64,000 nucleotides of DNA, from the NCBI GenBank assembly GCA_964016885.1, contig OZ024743.1, positions 365,862,001-365,926,000 on the forward strand, given 5' to 3'. Below the pieces are notes generated by a model. The model worked only from the letters and a program-made list of their open reading frames with translations, did not search any database and was not told where the DNA came from. Source of the stretch: Eledone cirrhosa. Its lineage: Eukaryota. Below, in pieces: positions 26,753-38,371 of the stretch; the first letter of the stretch is position 1, and every line of letters starts with the position of its first letter. Made by a program: the position numbers and the translations under genes.

Positions 26753-29700
26753 TTACAGATATATACTCAGAGTCGGCCCATTCACTCGGGCCATTCTTGC
26801 TTCTCTCACCCATCTTTCAACAAAATGCTGGGAAGAGAGCACTTCCTTCTCTACTCTGATTTTCCTTTTCAAATGAAATTTGAAAAAGGCAATCAGAGCA
26901 TCACTGAAGAGGTAAGTGCTCGTCTTCAGCCCTTTCAAACGTGTCCACCATACTATCTCTTTCGCCATGGCCACCAGACAGATAAAAACTGCCTGCCCTT
27001 CCCGGCTAAAGGAGGAGGGCGGGGCAATCCTCACGATAGACTCAGATGATAGCTGGATCCGTCCTAAACGCGACAGCAGGTGTTCGACATAAACCCACAA
27101 GTCAGCAATTTTCGGACACTGGACGAGTGCGTGCAGGACGGTTTCGTCGCCCTGCGCGCATCTCGGACATGCCCGGCTGACGGCACCTCCATGCCTGTAG
27201 AGTTTATCCCGAACTGGCAAGGCTCCTCGGTAGCACTGCCAGGCCAGAGATTTCTGGAAGTTGTCCATAGGCCCCGGCCCGAAAGTTCTTCCGAAGAGAT
27301 TGGCTAGTTGATTTTCGTCGACGCCTAGAGTTTCCCCAAGTACGTCGTCGCTCTTCCCCTCCACTAATCCTCTATAGAACGCCGAGGTGGAGTTTCCACC
27401 GATCACATTGCCCGATTGGTCGAGGGCTGTGAGCGCCTGAAGACATTCCAGTCTCCAGGCGCTCCCTCTCGGTCTTCGCTTGACCCAGGACTGCAGCTCC
27501 GTCAAGGAAACGAGCTGGGGAAAAACGCGTCTAGCAAACGGCGACCACACCTGATCACCGTCGAGGAAGAGGTGGAGATGTCGTAGCCTGAGCGCGTGCC
27601 TGCGCATCATCAGCCACGGCATGCCCAGCCCTCCACGTAGCGGGTGTTGACAACAGATGGACCGCCTGACCATCGGAGCACGTCCCTTCCACAAAAAGCG
27701 AAAGAGCAAACGCTCCAGCGCAGTCAGGCGAGGCTTAGGACAAGGTACGACGGTTAGGCGGTAGCAGATGACAGACGCGATGTACGCGTTAGCCACCTCC
27801 GCTCGACCTTTCAGGGATAGCTTCCTCTCCGCCCATTTCTGGGTGAGAGAAGCCACCCTGCTCGTCACCTCGTCCCAGTTTTTGTCCGTCTGGAGGTCCG
27901 GACCGAACCAGACCCCTAGCAATTTAACCGGTCCGTCCGTCCAGCGCCCGACGACGCTGTTGGACGGCATGGACCTGCCTCTCCAGGTGCCGAGCTGCAG
28001 GCCCACTGACTTTTCCTGGTTGATCATTGCTCCTGTCACCGCTTCGTATTCTCTTAGTGTAGTGCCGATCGCCTCGATGTGTTTGGCGTTCGACACCACT
28101 ACGGTGACATCGTCCGCATATGCTGACACGGATCTTCCGCATCCTAGTTCGCGCGGGACTCCCCTCAACGTCTCCAGTTTGTGCAGTAATGGCTCGAGAG
28201 TCAATACGTACAAGAGGGACGAGAGGGGACATCCTTGGCGGACCGAGCGCATGATGTTGAACGGTTCCGACAGGTGACCGTTCACTCTCACTACAGAGCA
28301 GATGTCGCTGTGCATGGCAGCGATCCAGCCTCTGAAGACGGGCCCAAAGCCAGCCGCCCTCAGGACTGCCGCTAGGTAACGATGGTCGACCCTATCGAAA
28401 GCTTTCGACTGATCTAAATTGATCAAGGACCCACCCGTGCCAGGTTCCCTAGCTACGCTCTCTACGATGTATCGCATGAGGTGGAGGTTGTCGTGGATGG
28501 ATCTGTCGGGAATGGCGCATGTCTGCGCCTCTCCCACCAGACCACCAACGACAAGCGCCAACCTCTTTGCTAGCACCTTGGCCAAAATCTTAAACTCTGT
28601 GTTTAGCAGAGTTATGGGCCGGAAATTGTCTATGTTATCCCCCTTGTTCGGATCCTTTCTCAGCAGTGCCACCGCTCCTCGGCTCACAGAACTGGGAATT
28701 CTCCCGTTCTGTTGCCAGTTGCAGTAGACGTCCGCCAAGAGGCCTCCGAACAAGTCTGGCATCTGTACGTAAAGTTCATAGGGCAGACCATCCAAACCAG
28801 GCGATTTACCCCTTGTGCAGCCAGTCATTGCCTCCCTTACTTCAGCGGCTGTTATCGGCTTTTCGCAACACTTCGCCTCAGTGGCCGAGAGCCGCGGCAG
28901 TCCGTCGAGGTAGACACTAAAGTCCATCCCTCTACCCGGCCCCCCGCTGCCCCCGAACAGCTGAGCGAAGTGTCGCTGAAAAGCTTCACACATTTGCCCG
29001 GGATCGAGTAGCATGCGCCCGTCGTGGTCCACCAAAGACCGGATCGTGGCTTTGTTGCCACGACGCGCCTCCGCCACTCGGGCCCATTGAACGGCTTTCG
29101 TCCCCTCGTGTCTGAGAGCACGCACCCTAGCTCTGACAACGCAGCCTTCGTGCTTTGCATTGAAGAATTGGTCAAGGGCCAATTTCGCCGCAAGCACGTC
29201 GGTCGCAATGCCTTTGCTAAGCGCCTCGTCTAATTTTCTAACTAGTTCTCCCTCTGCTCTATTTTTCTCTATTGCTAAAGCCTTACTAAACCTAATCGAT
29301 TCTATTCTAATCGCTCTTTTCAGAGCAAACCACCACTTGTTGTTGACGATGGCCCCCGTCAACGCCCGCTTAACTAGTTCGCTAATCCGGTCTCTGTAGG
29401 CCTTGCGCGCTGGTAAGGACGCGTTTAGCTTCCAGTAGCCGGGTCCTCGTCTATGAAGCCTATCTAAGTCAAGCACACAGGTCACGAATTTGTGGTCCGT
29501 GTAGCTGACTATCTTGAATTGTGGACAGCCTATGCTAGACCTATCTATTTCCCTACAAAATACTCTATCTAGATATGATCTGGATGACCCTATGCGGTTT
29601 GTCCAAGTCCACATTGGCACATTCGGGAAATCCAATCGGTACCTGTCAGACAGTTCAAAACGCCTGAGCAGGTTGGTGAGGCTCTTGCACCCTCCACCCC

Positions 29701-30172
29701 TATCCTCTAATCCCACACAGTCCCAGCGTGCATCTAAGATCCCGTTCCAGTCGCCCACTAACACTAAAGAGCGGGACGTTCCAAGAAAGGTCTCCAGACG
29801 CCGGAAGAAATCAGGCCGCCCTGCTCCTGTCGGGGCATAGACGGCCACTAGCCTGAAAGCTTGCCCGTCTCCGCTGGTCACGTCCAGCACCACCAGCTTA
29901 CCCTCTGGGTCCAGGAAGATGGCCCGTATGGCGAGATCCAAACCTCTCCGAAAAAGCACAGCAACTCCTCCACCCGATCCAGGACGGCTGGGAGATGCGT
30001 ACACATCGTAGCCGCCGAAGATCGGTGCGAAGGCCCGTGCTTCGGAGATTCTGGTCTCGCTGATGGCCACTACATCTATGTTTAGTGACCTGAGGTCGTT
30101 GAGCAGGTGACCCTGCTTCCATGACGACCCCAAGCCACGCGCATTTATGCTGCCTATTCTGAGTGAGGTCAT
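26753..30172 (-). CDS. ORF2p: APE endonuclease + reverse transcriptase + C-terminal zinc finger, 1139 aa
   Basis: SINARGL, SET, VYAP, GDWN, YLDRV, TDH (APE); KSPGLDG, FRPITLLN, DQSKAFDRVD, VRQGCPLS, YADD (RT); CPRC..H...C. No stops. Confidence 0.95.
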   Translation of the reverse strand: MTSLRIGSINARGLGSSWKQGHLLNDLRSLNIDVVAISETRISEARAFAPIFGGYDVYASPSRPGSGGGVAVLFRRGLDLAIRAIFLDPEGKLVVLDVTSGDGQAFRLVAVYAPTGAGRPDFFRRLETFLGTSRSLVLVGDWNGILDARWDCVGLEDRGGGCKSLTNLLRRFELSDRYRLDFPNVPMWTWTNRIGSSRSYLDRVFCREIDRSSIGCPQFKIVSYTDHKFVTCVLDLDRLHRRGPGYWKLNASLPARKAYRDRISELVKRALTGAIVNNKWWFALKRAIRIESIRFSKALAIEKNRAEGELVRKLDEALSKGIATDVLAAKLALDQFFNAKHEGCVVRARVRALRHEGTKAVQWARVAEARRGNKATIRSLVDHDGRMLLDPGQMCEAFQRHFAQLFGGSGGPGRGMDFSVYLDGLPRLSATEAKCCEKPITAAEVREAMTGCTRGKSPGLDGLPYELYVQMPDLFGGLLADVYCNWQQNGRIPSSVSRGAVALLRKDPNKGDNIDNFRPITLLNTEFKILAKVLAKRLALVVGGLVGEAQTCAIPDRSIHDNLHLMRYIVESVAREPGTGGSLINLDQSKAFDRVDHRYLAAVLRAAGFGPVFRGWIAAMHSDICSVVRVNGHLSEPFNIMRSVRQGCPLSSLLYVLTLEPLLHKLETLRGVPRELGCGRSVSAYADDVTVVVSNAKHIEAIGTTLREYEAVTGAMINQEKSVGLQLGTWRGRSMPSNSVVGRWTDGPVKLLGVWFGPDLQTDKNWDEVTSRVASLTQKWAERKLSLKGRAEVANAYIASVICYRLTVVPCPKPRLTALERLLFRFLWKGRAPMVRRSICCQHPLRGGLGMPWLMMRRHALRLRHLHLFLDGDQVWSPFARRVFPQLVSLTELQSWVKRRPRGSAWRLECLQALTALDQSGNVIGGNSTSAFYRGLVEGKSDDVLGETLGVDENQLANLFGRTFGPGPMDNFQKSLAWQCYRGALPVRDKLYRHGGAVSRACPRCAQGDETVLHALVQCPKIADLWVYVEHLLSRLGRIQLSSESIVRIAPPSSFSREGQAVFICLVAMAKEIVWWTRLKGLKTSTYLFSDALIAFFKFHLKRKIRVEKEVLSSQHFVERWVREARMARVNGPTLSIYL

Positions 30173-30207
30173 GTTTAAAATAGAGTGGAAAAGATGGGAA
30201 AGACCAC

Positions 30208-32304
30208 TTACCGTACTTTTGGTAGAGGAGGGATGGTTTTTACATCCCTTTTCACTTGATCGTCTGGTGAAGGGACCGTTGAATCGTCCCTTCGGCTGGT
30301 CGTCGGCTCTTCTAAGAGAATGTCTGAATATACTCTTCGATTGATGGTTCCTCCTAGGTCCCTGAAATCACCAACTGCGTTGGGGAATTTCGTTTTAATG
30401 TTTGTGTATTGTTTCTGTGCTATTTTTAGCAGTCTTATGTTAGTTGGCGTTTTGATTGGTGCTGGTATTATGTAGTCCTGTTGTGAAATGTCTGTGTGTT
30501 CAATTATGTAAGTCATTAGTTTCTTGTTGTGTGTGTTTATTGCCGTGCATTTGTTTTTCTGGGGGTGGGGTGTGGTTCTGCTATTTTCTTGTCGTTGTTG
30601 CTGGGTGTGTGTGTTTTGTTGTTGTGTTTGCGATGTTGGTGCTTGTGGTGGTGGTGTTGAAGGTGTTGTTGGCGGTGGGGTTGTCGCCGGTGGTGATGGT
30701 GGTGCTGGTGTGGGTGGTGATGGTGTTGGTGGTGTTGCTGCTGTGGGTCTCTTTGCAGTAGACTTTACCCTTTTCTCATTTCTTTCCTCCCTTTTCAAAG
30801 GCGACGATGCGCTGCTTCTGCGTTTGTGCCTTCTTGCGACCTTTTGCCATCCCTCTCCCACCTCACACTCCATGTCTGATTCTGTAAGGTCGGGGAGGGG
30901 TACCAGCTCCACTCTTTCACTTGTTGTTGTTGGTGATGTTTGCACTGGAGTCTCTGTTGCAGCTGCATTTGGTATTGCTGTTGTTGTTGTTAATATTTCC
31001 ACTGCTGCTGCTGTCTTTGATTTCCGTGGAGTGGGTATGGGTGCCACGGACCTATCGTTCCTGGTTGCCGCTTGTCCTGTTGCTGGTAGCCGTGGAGCCG
31101 GATTCGGAAGGAGGGGGGTTTTCTCCTTTCTCAGGGTCTTCTCGTTGCAGAAGGCCCTGAGGTGAGTCTTCGATCCACAGCGAAAGCATTTCGGGCGTTT
31201 GCCCTCAACACTTATGGGCAGTTGAGTGCCGTTATCGAAGTCTATCACATCCGGGATAGCTTCGATGCACTCCTGGTTGGTTTGGATTAGCATCTCAATG
31301 GAGGAGCCGACCCAATCTTCTCTTACTTTTTTCTGTACTTGCAGTACAGTTGTTTTGTCCTCGATTCCGACGAGGACAGACGCGGCCAGCCAAGAAGGGG
31401 TCATTCCGGGGGGGACGTGGGTCAGTTTGACCCTCACAATTTTTTGCCCGCAGTAGGAGGGCACCAACACCATTTCCTCGCTCCTTAGGGTCACTACTGA
31501 TTGGGCCTTTGCCTCCTGGGGTGTGGCAAAAAGTACGTCTACGGTGGCGTATTTTTTGCCTCGGGTGATGTGCGTTTTCCTCTGCCACACAGACCCCAAG
31601 GCTTTTTGTATTTGGGCCTCTGTGGCTCTTTCCACCCTACGGGATTTTGTACTTACTGTACGGTACGTGACCGTACAGTGCTCTTGGGTTTCGAAAAAAT
31701 TTTTCGCTGCCTTGCAGATTGCTCGGTGTCCGTTCTTTGTCACCATCTTCTTCGCTTCCTCTAATTCCTCATTTGTTATGAGGATTGTTTCCAAGTTTTT
31801 CGCAATACCTGCAAATGAGATTGGTTTTTCTCTGCTGTTGTTGTTGTCGTCAGAGCTGCTGGTACTTTTGTTGTTGCTGCAGGTACTACGACTACTGCCT
31901 CCGCCGCTGTTGCTGTGGTTGTTGTTGGTGTTGCTGCTGCTAATGCTGTTGTTGTTTATGCTGCTGGTGATGCTGTTGCGGCTGCTACTGTTGTTTTCAT
32001 TGTCACTGTTGCTGTTGTTATTACGGCTGCTACTGCTATTATTCCTGACGTCAGACGAATGAACTGGGTTTTCGTATTTCCCGCACACCTGTTTCGTCGC
32101 TGTCGTCGTCGTCGTGGAGAAACCTTGCACGCTTTGCACGAGACTTTTCTTTTCTTTCGTCGCTTGCGAAAGAGAAGGGAGGGAGAGAGACACATTTAAA
32201 GAAGGGAGGGAGAGAGACAATCTTCTCTCTGCTGTAGTGATGATTGAGGAAGAAGAAGACGGAATGAGTGGGAGTGACGTATGAAATTTCTTTTTCGTAG
32301 CCAT
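30208..32304 (-). CDS. ORF1p (gag-like, single CCHC zinc knuckle), 698 aa
   Basis: CFRCGSKTHLRAFC; S/N-rich and P/T-rich low-complexity segments; ends 35 nt upstream of the ORF2 ATG. Confidence 0.88.
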   Translation of the reverse strand: MATKKKFHTSLPLIPSSSSSIITTAERRLSLSLPSLNVSLSLPSLSQATKEKKSLVQSVQGFSTTTTTATKQVCGKYENPVHSSDVRNNSSSSRNNNSNSDNENNSSSRNSITSSINNNSISSSNTNNNHSNSGGGSSRSTCSNNKSTSSSDDNNNSREKPISFAGIAKNLETILITNEELEEAKKMVTKNGHRAICKAAKNFFETQEHCTVTYRTVSTKSRRVERATEAQIQKALGSVWQRKTHITRGKKYATVDVLFATPQEAKAQSVVTLRSEEMVLVPSYCGQKIVRVKLTHVPPGMTPSWLAASVLVGIEDKTTVLQVQKKVREDWVGSSIEMLIQTNQECIEAIPDVIDFDNGTQLPISVEGKRPKCFRCGSKTHLRAFCNEKTLRKEKTPLLPNPAPRLPATGQAATRNDRSVAPIPTPRKSKTAAAVEILTTTTAIPNAAATETPVQTSPTTTSERVELVPLPDLTESDMECEVGEGWQKVARRHKRRSSASSPLKREERNEKRVKSTAKRPTAATPPTPSPPTPAPPSPPATTPPPTTPSTPPPQAPTSQTQQQNTHTQQQRQENSRTTPHPQKNKCTAINTHNKKLMTYIIEHTDISQQDYIIPAPIKTPTNIRLLKIAQKQYTNIKTKFPNAVGDFRDLGGTINRRVYSDILLEEPTTSRRDDSTVPSPDDQVKRDVKTIPPLPKVR

Positions 32305-32518
32305 GTTGTTTTTTGTTTAAAATGAATATTGGGTACAAAACCCCAATAACTGGTTATTTAGCCCCGAAGGGCCAAATAACGGACAGAAAGACCCCTCTCA
32401 CGAGGAGGAGGGTGTCTTTATCAACAATTTGGTTCAAGTTTTAAACAATTTACAATTGTTTTAACGGTTAAAAATTACTATACCTTACAGAGCCGAGCCT
32501 CCGTCAACCATGGCATTC

Positions 32519-32559
<41 letters not shown>

Positions 32560-32819
32560 TTTCTTTATTAACCACAAGGGTTTACATAAAGTAGACATTA
32601 AGGACAGTGCAGGACAATGCAGGACGGTACAAATGGGCATTTCTGCGTGTAAAAAAACAAAAACAGAGGATGTAACAAAAATAACAATGAAAATAACAAT
32701 GAAAAATTCCCCAATAGGGGGGAGACTTCGGAGGGACATTTGTGGAGAAAGCCCAGTAAAAAGCCACAATGACCCTGACCACCAAGGCAAGTGCCCTCTC
32801 CCAGTGTTCCACCTTTAAT

Positions 32820-35800
32820 TTACAGATATATGCTCAGAGTAGGCCCATTCACTCGGGCCATTCTTGCTTCTCTCACCCATCTTTCAACAAAATGCTGGGA
32901 AGAGAGCACTTCCCTCTCTACTCTGATTTTCCTTTTCAAATGAAATTTGAAAAAGTCAATCAGAGCATCACCGAAGAGGTAAGTGCTCGTCTTAAGCCCT
33001 TTCAAACGTGTCCACCATACTATCTCTTTCGCCATGGCCACCAGGCAGATAAAAACTGCCTGCCCTTCCCGGCTAAAGGAGGAGGGCGGGGCAATCCTCA
33101 CGATGGACTCAGATGATAGCCGGATCCGTCCTAAACGCAACAGCAGGTGTTCGACATAAACCCACAAGTCAGCAATTTTCGGACACTGGACGAGTGCGTG
33201 CAGGACGGTTTCGTCGCCCTGCGCGCATCTCGGACATGCCCGGCTGACGGCACCTCCATGCCTGTAGAGTTTATCCCGAACTGGCAAGGCTCCTCGGTAG
33301 CACTGCCAGGCCAGAGATTTCTGGAAGTTGTCCATAGGCCCTGGCCCGAAAGTTCTTCCGAAGAGATTGGCTAGTTGATTTTCGTCGACGCCTAGAGTTT
33401 CCCCAAGTACGTCGTCGCTCTTCCCCTCCACTAATCCTCTATAGAACGCCGAGGTGGAGTTTCCACCGATCACATTGCCCGATTGGTCGAGGGCTGTGAG
33501 CGCCTGAAGACATTCCAGTCTCCAGGCGCTCCCTCTCGGTCTTCGCTTGACCCAGGACTGCAGCTCCGTCAAGGAAACGAGCTGGGGAAACACGCGTCTA
33601 GCAAACGGCGACCACACCTGATCACCGTCGAGGAAGAGGTGGAGATGTCGTAGCCTGAGCGCGTGCCTGCGCATCATCAGCCACGGCATGCCCAGCCCTC
33701 CACGTAGCGGGTGTTGACAACAGATGGACCGCCTGACCATCGGAGCGCGTCCCTTCCACAAAAAGCGAAAGAGCAAACGCTCCAGCACAGTCAGGCGAGG
33801 CTTAGGACAAGGTACGACGGTCAGGCGGTAGCAGATGACGGACGCGATGTACGCGTTAGCCACCTCCGCTCGACCTTTCAGGGATAGCTTCCTCTCCGCC
33901 CATTTCTGGGTGAGAGAAGCCACCCTGCTCGTCACCTCGTCCCAGTTTTTGTCCGTCTGGAGGTCCGGACCGAACCAGACCCCTAGCAATTTAACCGGTC
34001 CGTCCGTCCAGCGTCCGACGACGCTGTTGGACGGCATGGACCTGCCTCTCCAGGTGCCGAGCTGCAGGCCCACTGACTTTTCGTGGTTGATCATTGCTCC
34101 TGTCACCGCTTCGTATTCTCTTAGTGTAGTGCCGATCGCCTCGATGTGTTTGGCGCTCGACACCACTACGGTGACATCGTCCGCATATGCTGACACTGAT
34201 CTTCCGCATCCTAGTTCGCGCGGGACTCCCCTCAACGTCTCCAGTTTGTGCAGTAATGGCTCGAGAGTCAATACGTACAAGAGGGACGAGAGGGGACATC
34301 CTTGGCGGACCGAGCGCATGATGTTGAACGGTTCCGACAGGTGACCGTTCACTCTCACCACAGAGCAGATGTCGCTGTGCATGGCAGCGATCCAGCCTCT
34401 GAAGACGGGCCCAAAGCCAGCCGCCCTCAGGACTGCCGCTAGGTAACGATGGTCGACCCTATCGAAAGCTTTCGACTGATCTAAATTGATCAAGGACCCA
34501 CCCGTGCCAGGTTCCCTAGCTACCCTCTCTACGATGTATCGCATGAGGTGGAGGTTGTCGTGGATGGATCTGTCGGGAATGGCGCATGTCTGCGCCTCTC
34601 CCACCAGACCACCAACGACAAGCGCCAACCTCTTTGCTAGCACCTTGGCCAAAATCTTAAACTCTGTGTTTAGCAGAGTTATGGGCCGGAAATTGTCTAT
34701 GTTATCCCCCTTGTTCGGATCCTTTCTCAGCAGTGCCACCGCTCCTCGGCTCACAGAACTGGGAATTCTCCCGTTCTGTTGCCAGTTGCAGTAGACGTCC
34801 GCCAAGAGGCCTCCGAACAAGTTTGGCATTTGTACGTAAAGTTCATAGGGCAGACCATCCAAACCAGGCGATTTACCCCTTGTGCAGCCAGTCATTGCCT
34901 CCCTTACTTCAGCGGCTGTTATCTGCTTTTCGCAACACTTCGCCTCAGTGGCCGAGAGCCGCGGCAGTCCGTCGAGGTAGACACTAAAGTCCATCCCTCT
35001 ACCCGGCCCACCGCTGCCCCCGAACAGCTGAGCGAAGTGTCGCTGAAAAGCTTCACACATTTGCCCGGGATCGAGTAGCATGCGCCCGTCGTGGTCCACC
35101 AAAGACCGGATCGTGGCTTTGTTGCCACGACGCGCCTCCGCCACTCAGGCCCATTGAACGGCTTTCGTCCCCTCGTGTCTGAGAGCACGCACCCTTGCTC
35201 TGACAACGCAGCCTTCGTGCTTTGCATTGAAGAATTGGTCAAGGGCCAATTTCGCCGCAAGCACGTCGGTCGCAATGCCTTTGCTAAGCGCCTCGTCTAA
35301 TTTTGTAACTAGTTCTCCCTCTGCTCTATTTTTCTCTATTGCTAAAGCCTTACTAAATCTAATCGATTCTATTCTAATCGCTCTTTTCAGAGCAAACCAC
35401 CACTTGTTGTTGACGATGGCCCCCGTCAACGCCCGCTTAACTAGTTCGCTAATTCGGTCTCTGTAGGCCTTGCGCGCTGGTAAGGACGCGTTTAGCTTCC
35501 AGTAGCCGGGTCCTCGTCTATGAAGCCTATCTAAGTCAAGCACACAGATCACGAATTTGTGGTCCGTGTAGCTGACTATCTTGAATTGTGGACAGCCTAT
35601 GCTAGACCTATCTATTTCCCTACAAAATACTCTATCTAGATATGATCTGGATGACCCTATGCGGTTTGTCCAAGTCCACATTGGCACATTCGGGAAATCC
35701 AATCGGTACCTGTCAGACAGTTCAAAACGCCTGAGCAGGTTGGTGAGGCTCTTGCACCCTCCACCCCTATCCGCTAATCCCACACAGTCCCAGCGTGCAT

Positions 35801-36239
35801 CTAAGATCCCGTTCCAGTCGCCCACTAACACTAAAGAGCGCGACGTTCCAAGAAAGGTCTCCAGACGCCGGAAGAAATCAGGCCGCCCTGCTCCTGTCGG
35901 GGCATAGACGGCCACTAGCCTGAAAGCTTGCCCGTCTCCGCTGGTCACGTCCAGCACCACCAGCTTACCCTCTGGGTCCAGGAAGATGGCCCGTATGGCG
36001 AGATCCAAACCTCTCCGAAAAAGCACAGCAACTCCTCCACCCGATCCAGGACGGCTGGGAGATGCGTACACATCGTAGCCGCCGAAGATCGGTGCGAAGG
36101 CCCGTGCTTCGGAGATTCTGGTCTCGCTGATGGCCACTACATCTATGTTTAGTGACCTGAGGTCGTTGAGCAGGTGACCCTGCTTCCATGACGACCCCAA
36201 GCCACGCGCATTTATGCTGCCTATTCTGAGTGAGGTCAT
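32820..36239 (-). pseudogene. ORF2 of Tx1 copy 2 with a single nonsense change
   Basis: CGA>TGA at 35145-35147 (ccactcaggc versus ccactcgggc in copy 1) splits APE from RT. Confidence 0.9.
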
Positions 36240-36274
36240 GTTTAAAATAGAGTGGAAAAGATGGGAAAGACCAC

Positions 36275-38371
36275 TTACCGTACTTTTGGTAGAGGAGGGA
36301 TGGTTTTTACATCCCTTTTCACTTGATCGTCTGGTGAAGGGACCGTTGAATCGTCCCTTCGGCTGGTCGTCGGCTCTTCTAAGAGAATGTCTGAATATAC
36401 TCTTCGATTGATGGTTCCTCCTAGGTCCCTGAAATCACCAACTGCGTTGGGGAATTTCGTTTTAATGTTTGTGTATTGTTTCTGTGCTATTTTTAGCAGT
36501 CTTATGTTAGTTGGCGTTTTGATTGGTGCTGGTATTATGTAGTCCTGTTGTGAAATGTCTGTGTGTTCAATTATGTAAGTCATTAGTTTCTTGTTGTGTG
36601 TGTTTATTGCCGTGCATTTGTTTTTCTGGGGGTGGGGTGTGGTTCTGCTATTTTCTTGTCGTTGTTGCTGGGTGTGTGTGTTTTGTTGTTGTGTTTGCGA
36701 TGTTGGTGCTTGTGGTGGTGGTGTTGAAGGTGTTGTTGGCGGTGGGGTTGTCGCCGGTGGTGATGGTGGTGCTGGTGTGGGTGGTGATGGTGTTGGTGGT
36801 GTTGCTGCTGTGGGTCTCTTTGCAGTAGACTTTACCCTTTTCTCATTTCTTTCCTCCCTTTTCAAAGGCGACGATGCGCTGCTTCTGCGTTTGTGCCTTC
36901 TTGCGACCTTTTGCCATCCCTCTCCCACCTCACACTCCATGTCTGATTCTGTAAGGTCGGGGAGGGGTACCAGCTCCACTCTTTCACTTGTTGTTGTTGG
37001 TGATGTTTGCACTGGAGTCTCTGTTGCAGCTGCATTTGGTATTGCTGTTGTTGTTGTTAATATTTCCACTGCTGCTGCTGTCTTTGATTTCCGTGGAGTG
37101 GGTATGGGTGCCACGGACCTATCGTTCCTGGTTGCCGCTTGTCCTGTTGCTGGTAGCCGTGGAGCCGGATTCGGAAGGAGGGGGGTTTTCTCCTTTCTCA
37201 GGGTCTTCTCGTTGCAGAAGGCCCTGAGGTGAGTCTTCGATCCACAGCGAAAGCATTTCGGGCGTTTGCCCTCAACACTTATGGGCAGTTGAGTGCCGTT
37301 ATCGAAGTCTATCACATCCGGGATAGCTTCGATGCACTCCTGGTTGGTTTGGATTAGCATCTCAATGGAGGAGCCGACCCAATCTTCTCTTACTTTTTTC
37401 TGTACTTGCAGTACAGTTGTTTTGTCCTCGATTCCGACGAGGACAGACGCGGCCAGCCAAGAAGGGGTCATTCCGGGGGGGACGTGGGTCAGTTTGACCC
37501 TCACAATTTTTTGCCCGCAGTAGGAGGGCACCAACACCATTTCCTCGCTCCTTAGGGTCACTACTGATTGGGCCTTTGCCTCCTGGGGTGTGGCAAAAAG
37601 TACGTCTACGGTGGCGTATTTTTTGCCTCGGGTGATGTGCGTTTTCCTCTGCCACACAGACCCCAAGGCTTTTTGTATTTGGGCCTCTGTGGCTCTTTCC
37701 ACCCTACGGGATTTTGTACTTACTGTACGGTACGTGACCGTACAGTGCTCTTGGGTTTCGAAAAAATTTTTCGCTGCCTTGCAGATTGCTCGGTGTCCGT
37801 TCTTTGTCACCATCTTCTTCGCTTCCTCTAATTCCTCATTTGTTATGAGGATTGTTTCCAAGTTTTTCGCAATACCTGCAAATGAGATTGGTTTTTCTCT
37901 GCTGTTGTTGTTGTCGTCAGAGCTGCTGGTACTTTTGTTGTTGCTGCAGGTACTACGACTACTGCCTCCGCCGCTGTTGCTGTGGTTGTTGTTGGTGTTG
38001 CTGCTGCTAATGCTGTTGTTGTTTATGCTGCTGGTGATGCTGTTGCGGCTGCTACTGTTGTTTTCATTGTCACTGTTGCTGTTGTTATTACGGCTGCTAC
38101 TGCTATTATTCCTGACGTCAGACGAATGAACTGGGTTTTCGTATTTCCCGCACACCTGTTTCGTCGCTGTCGTCGTCGTCGTGGAGAAACCTTGCACGCT
38201 TTGCACGAGACTTTTCTTTTCTTTCGTCGCTTGCGAAAGAGAAGGGAGGGAGAGAGACACATTTAAAGAAGGGAGGGAGAGAGACAATCTTCTCTCTGCT
38301 GTAGTGATGATTGAGGAAGAAGAAGACGGAATGAGTGGGAGTGACGTATGAAATTTCTTTTTCGTAGCCAT
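36275..38371 (-). CDS. ORF1p of Tx1 copy 2, 698 aa
   Basis: Translation identical to 30208-32304. Confidence 0.88.
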   Translation of the reverse strand: MATKKKFHTSLPLIPSSSSSIITTAERRLSLSLPSLNVSLSLPSLSQATKEKKSLVQSVQGFSTTTTTATKQVCGKYENPVHSSDVRNNSSSSRNNNSNSDNENNSSSRNSITSSINNNSISSSNTNNNHSNSGGGSSRSTCSNNKSTSSSDDNNNSREKPISFAGIAKNLETILITNEELEEAKKMVTKNGHRAICKAAKNFFETQEHCTVTYRTVSTKSRRVERATEAQIQKALGSVWQRKTHITRGKKYATVDVLFATPQEAKAQSVVTLRSEEMVLVPSYCGQKIVRVKLTHVPPGMTPSWLAASVLVGIEDKTTVLQVQKKVREDWVGSSIEMLIQTNQECIEAIPDVIDFDNGTQLPISVEGKRPKCFRCGSKTHLRAFCNEKTLRKEKTPLLPNPAPRLPATGQAATRNDRSVAPIPTPRKSKTAAAVEILTTTTAIPNAAATETPVQTSPTTTSERVELVPLPDLTESDMECEVGEGWQKVARRHKRRSSASSPLKREERNEKRVKSTAKRPTAATPPTPSPPTPAPPSPPATTPPPTTPSTPPPQAPTSQTQQQNTHTQQQRQENSRTTPHPQKNKCTAINTHNKKLMTYIIEHTDISQQDYIIPAPIKTPTNIRLLKIAQKQYTNIKTKFPNAVGDFRDLGGTINRRVYSDILLEEPTTSRRDDSTVPSPDDQVKRDVKTIPPLPKVR

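Larger units (their letters stand above)
26491..32518 (-). mobile_element. Full-length Tx1-clade (L1 group) LINE, copy 1, in (TTA)n
   Basis: ORF1 + ORF2, AATAAA 6 nt before the 3' end, (AAT)n on both flanks. Confidence 0.92.

Noticed and set aside
30524-32062. Antisense ORFs (213 and 179 aa) over Tx1 ORF1, and similar shadows over other LINE ORFs
   Set aside because: Low-complexity mirror frames with no independent motifs.
32350-32420. HDV-like ribozyme in the Tx1 5' UTR (tcctcgt, gctaa)
   Set aside because: Two simple hairpins explain it and the nested pseudoknot is not formed.
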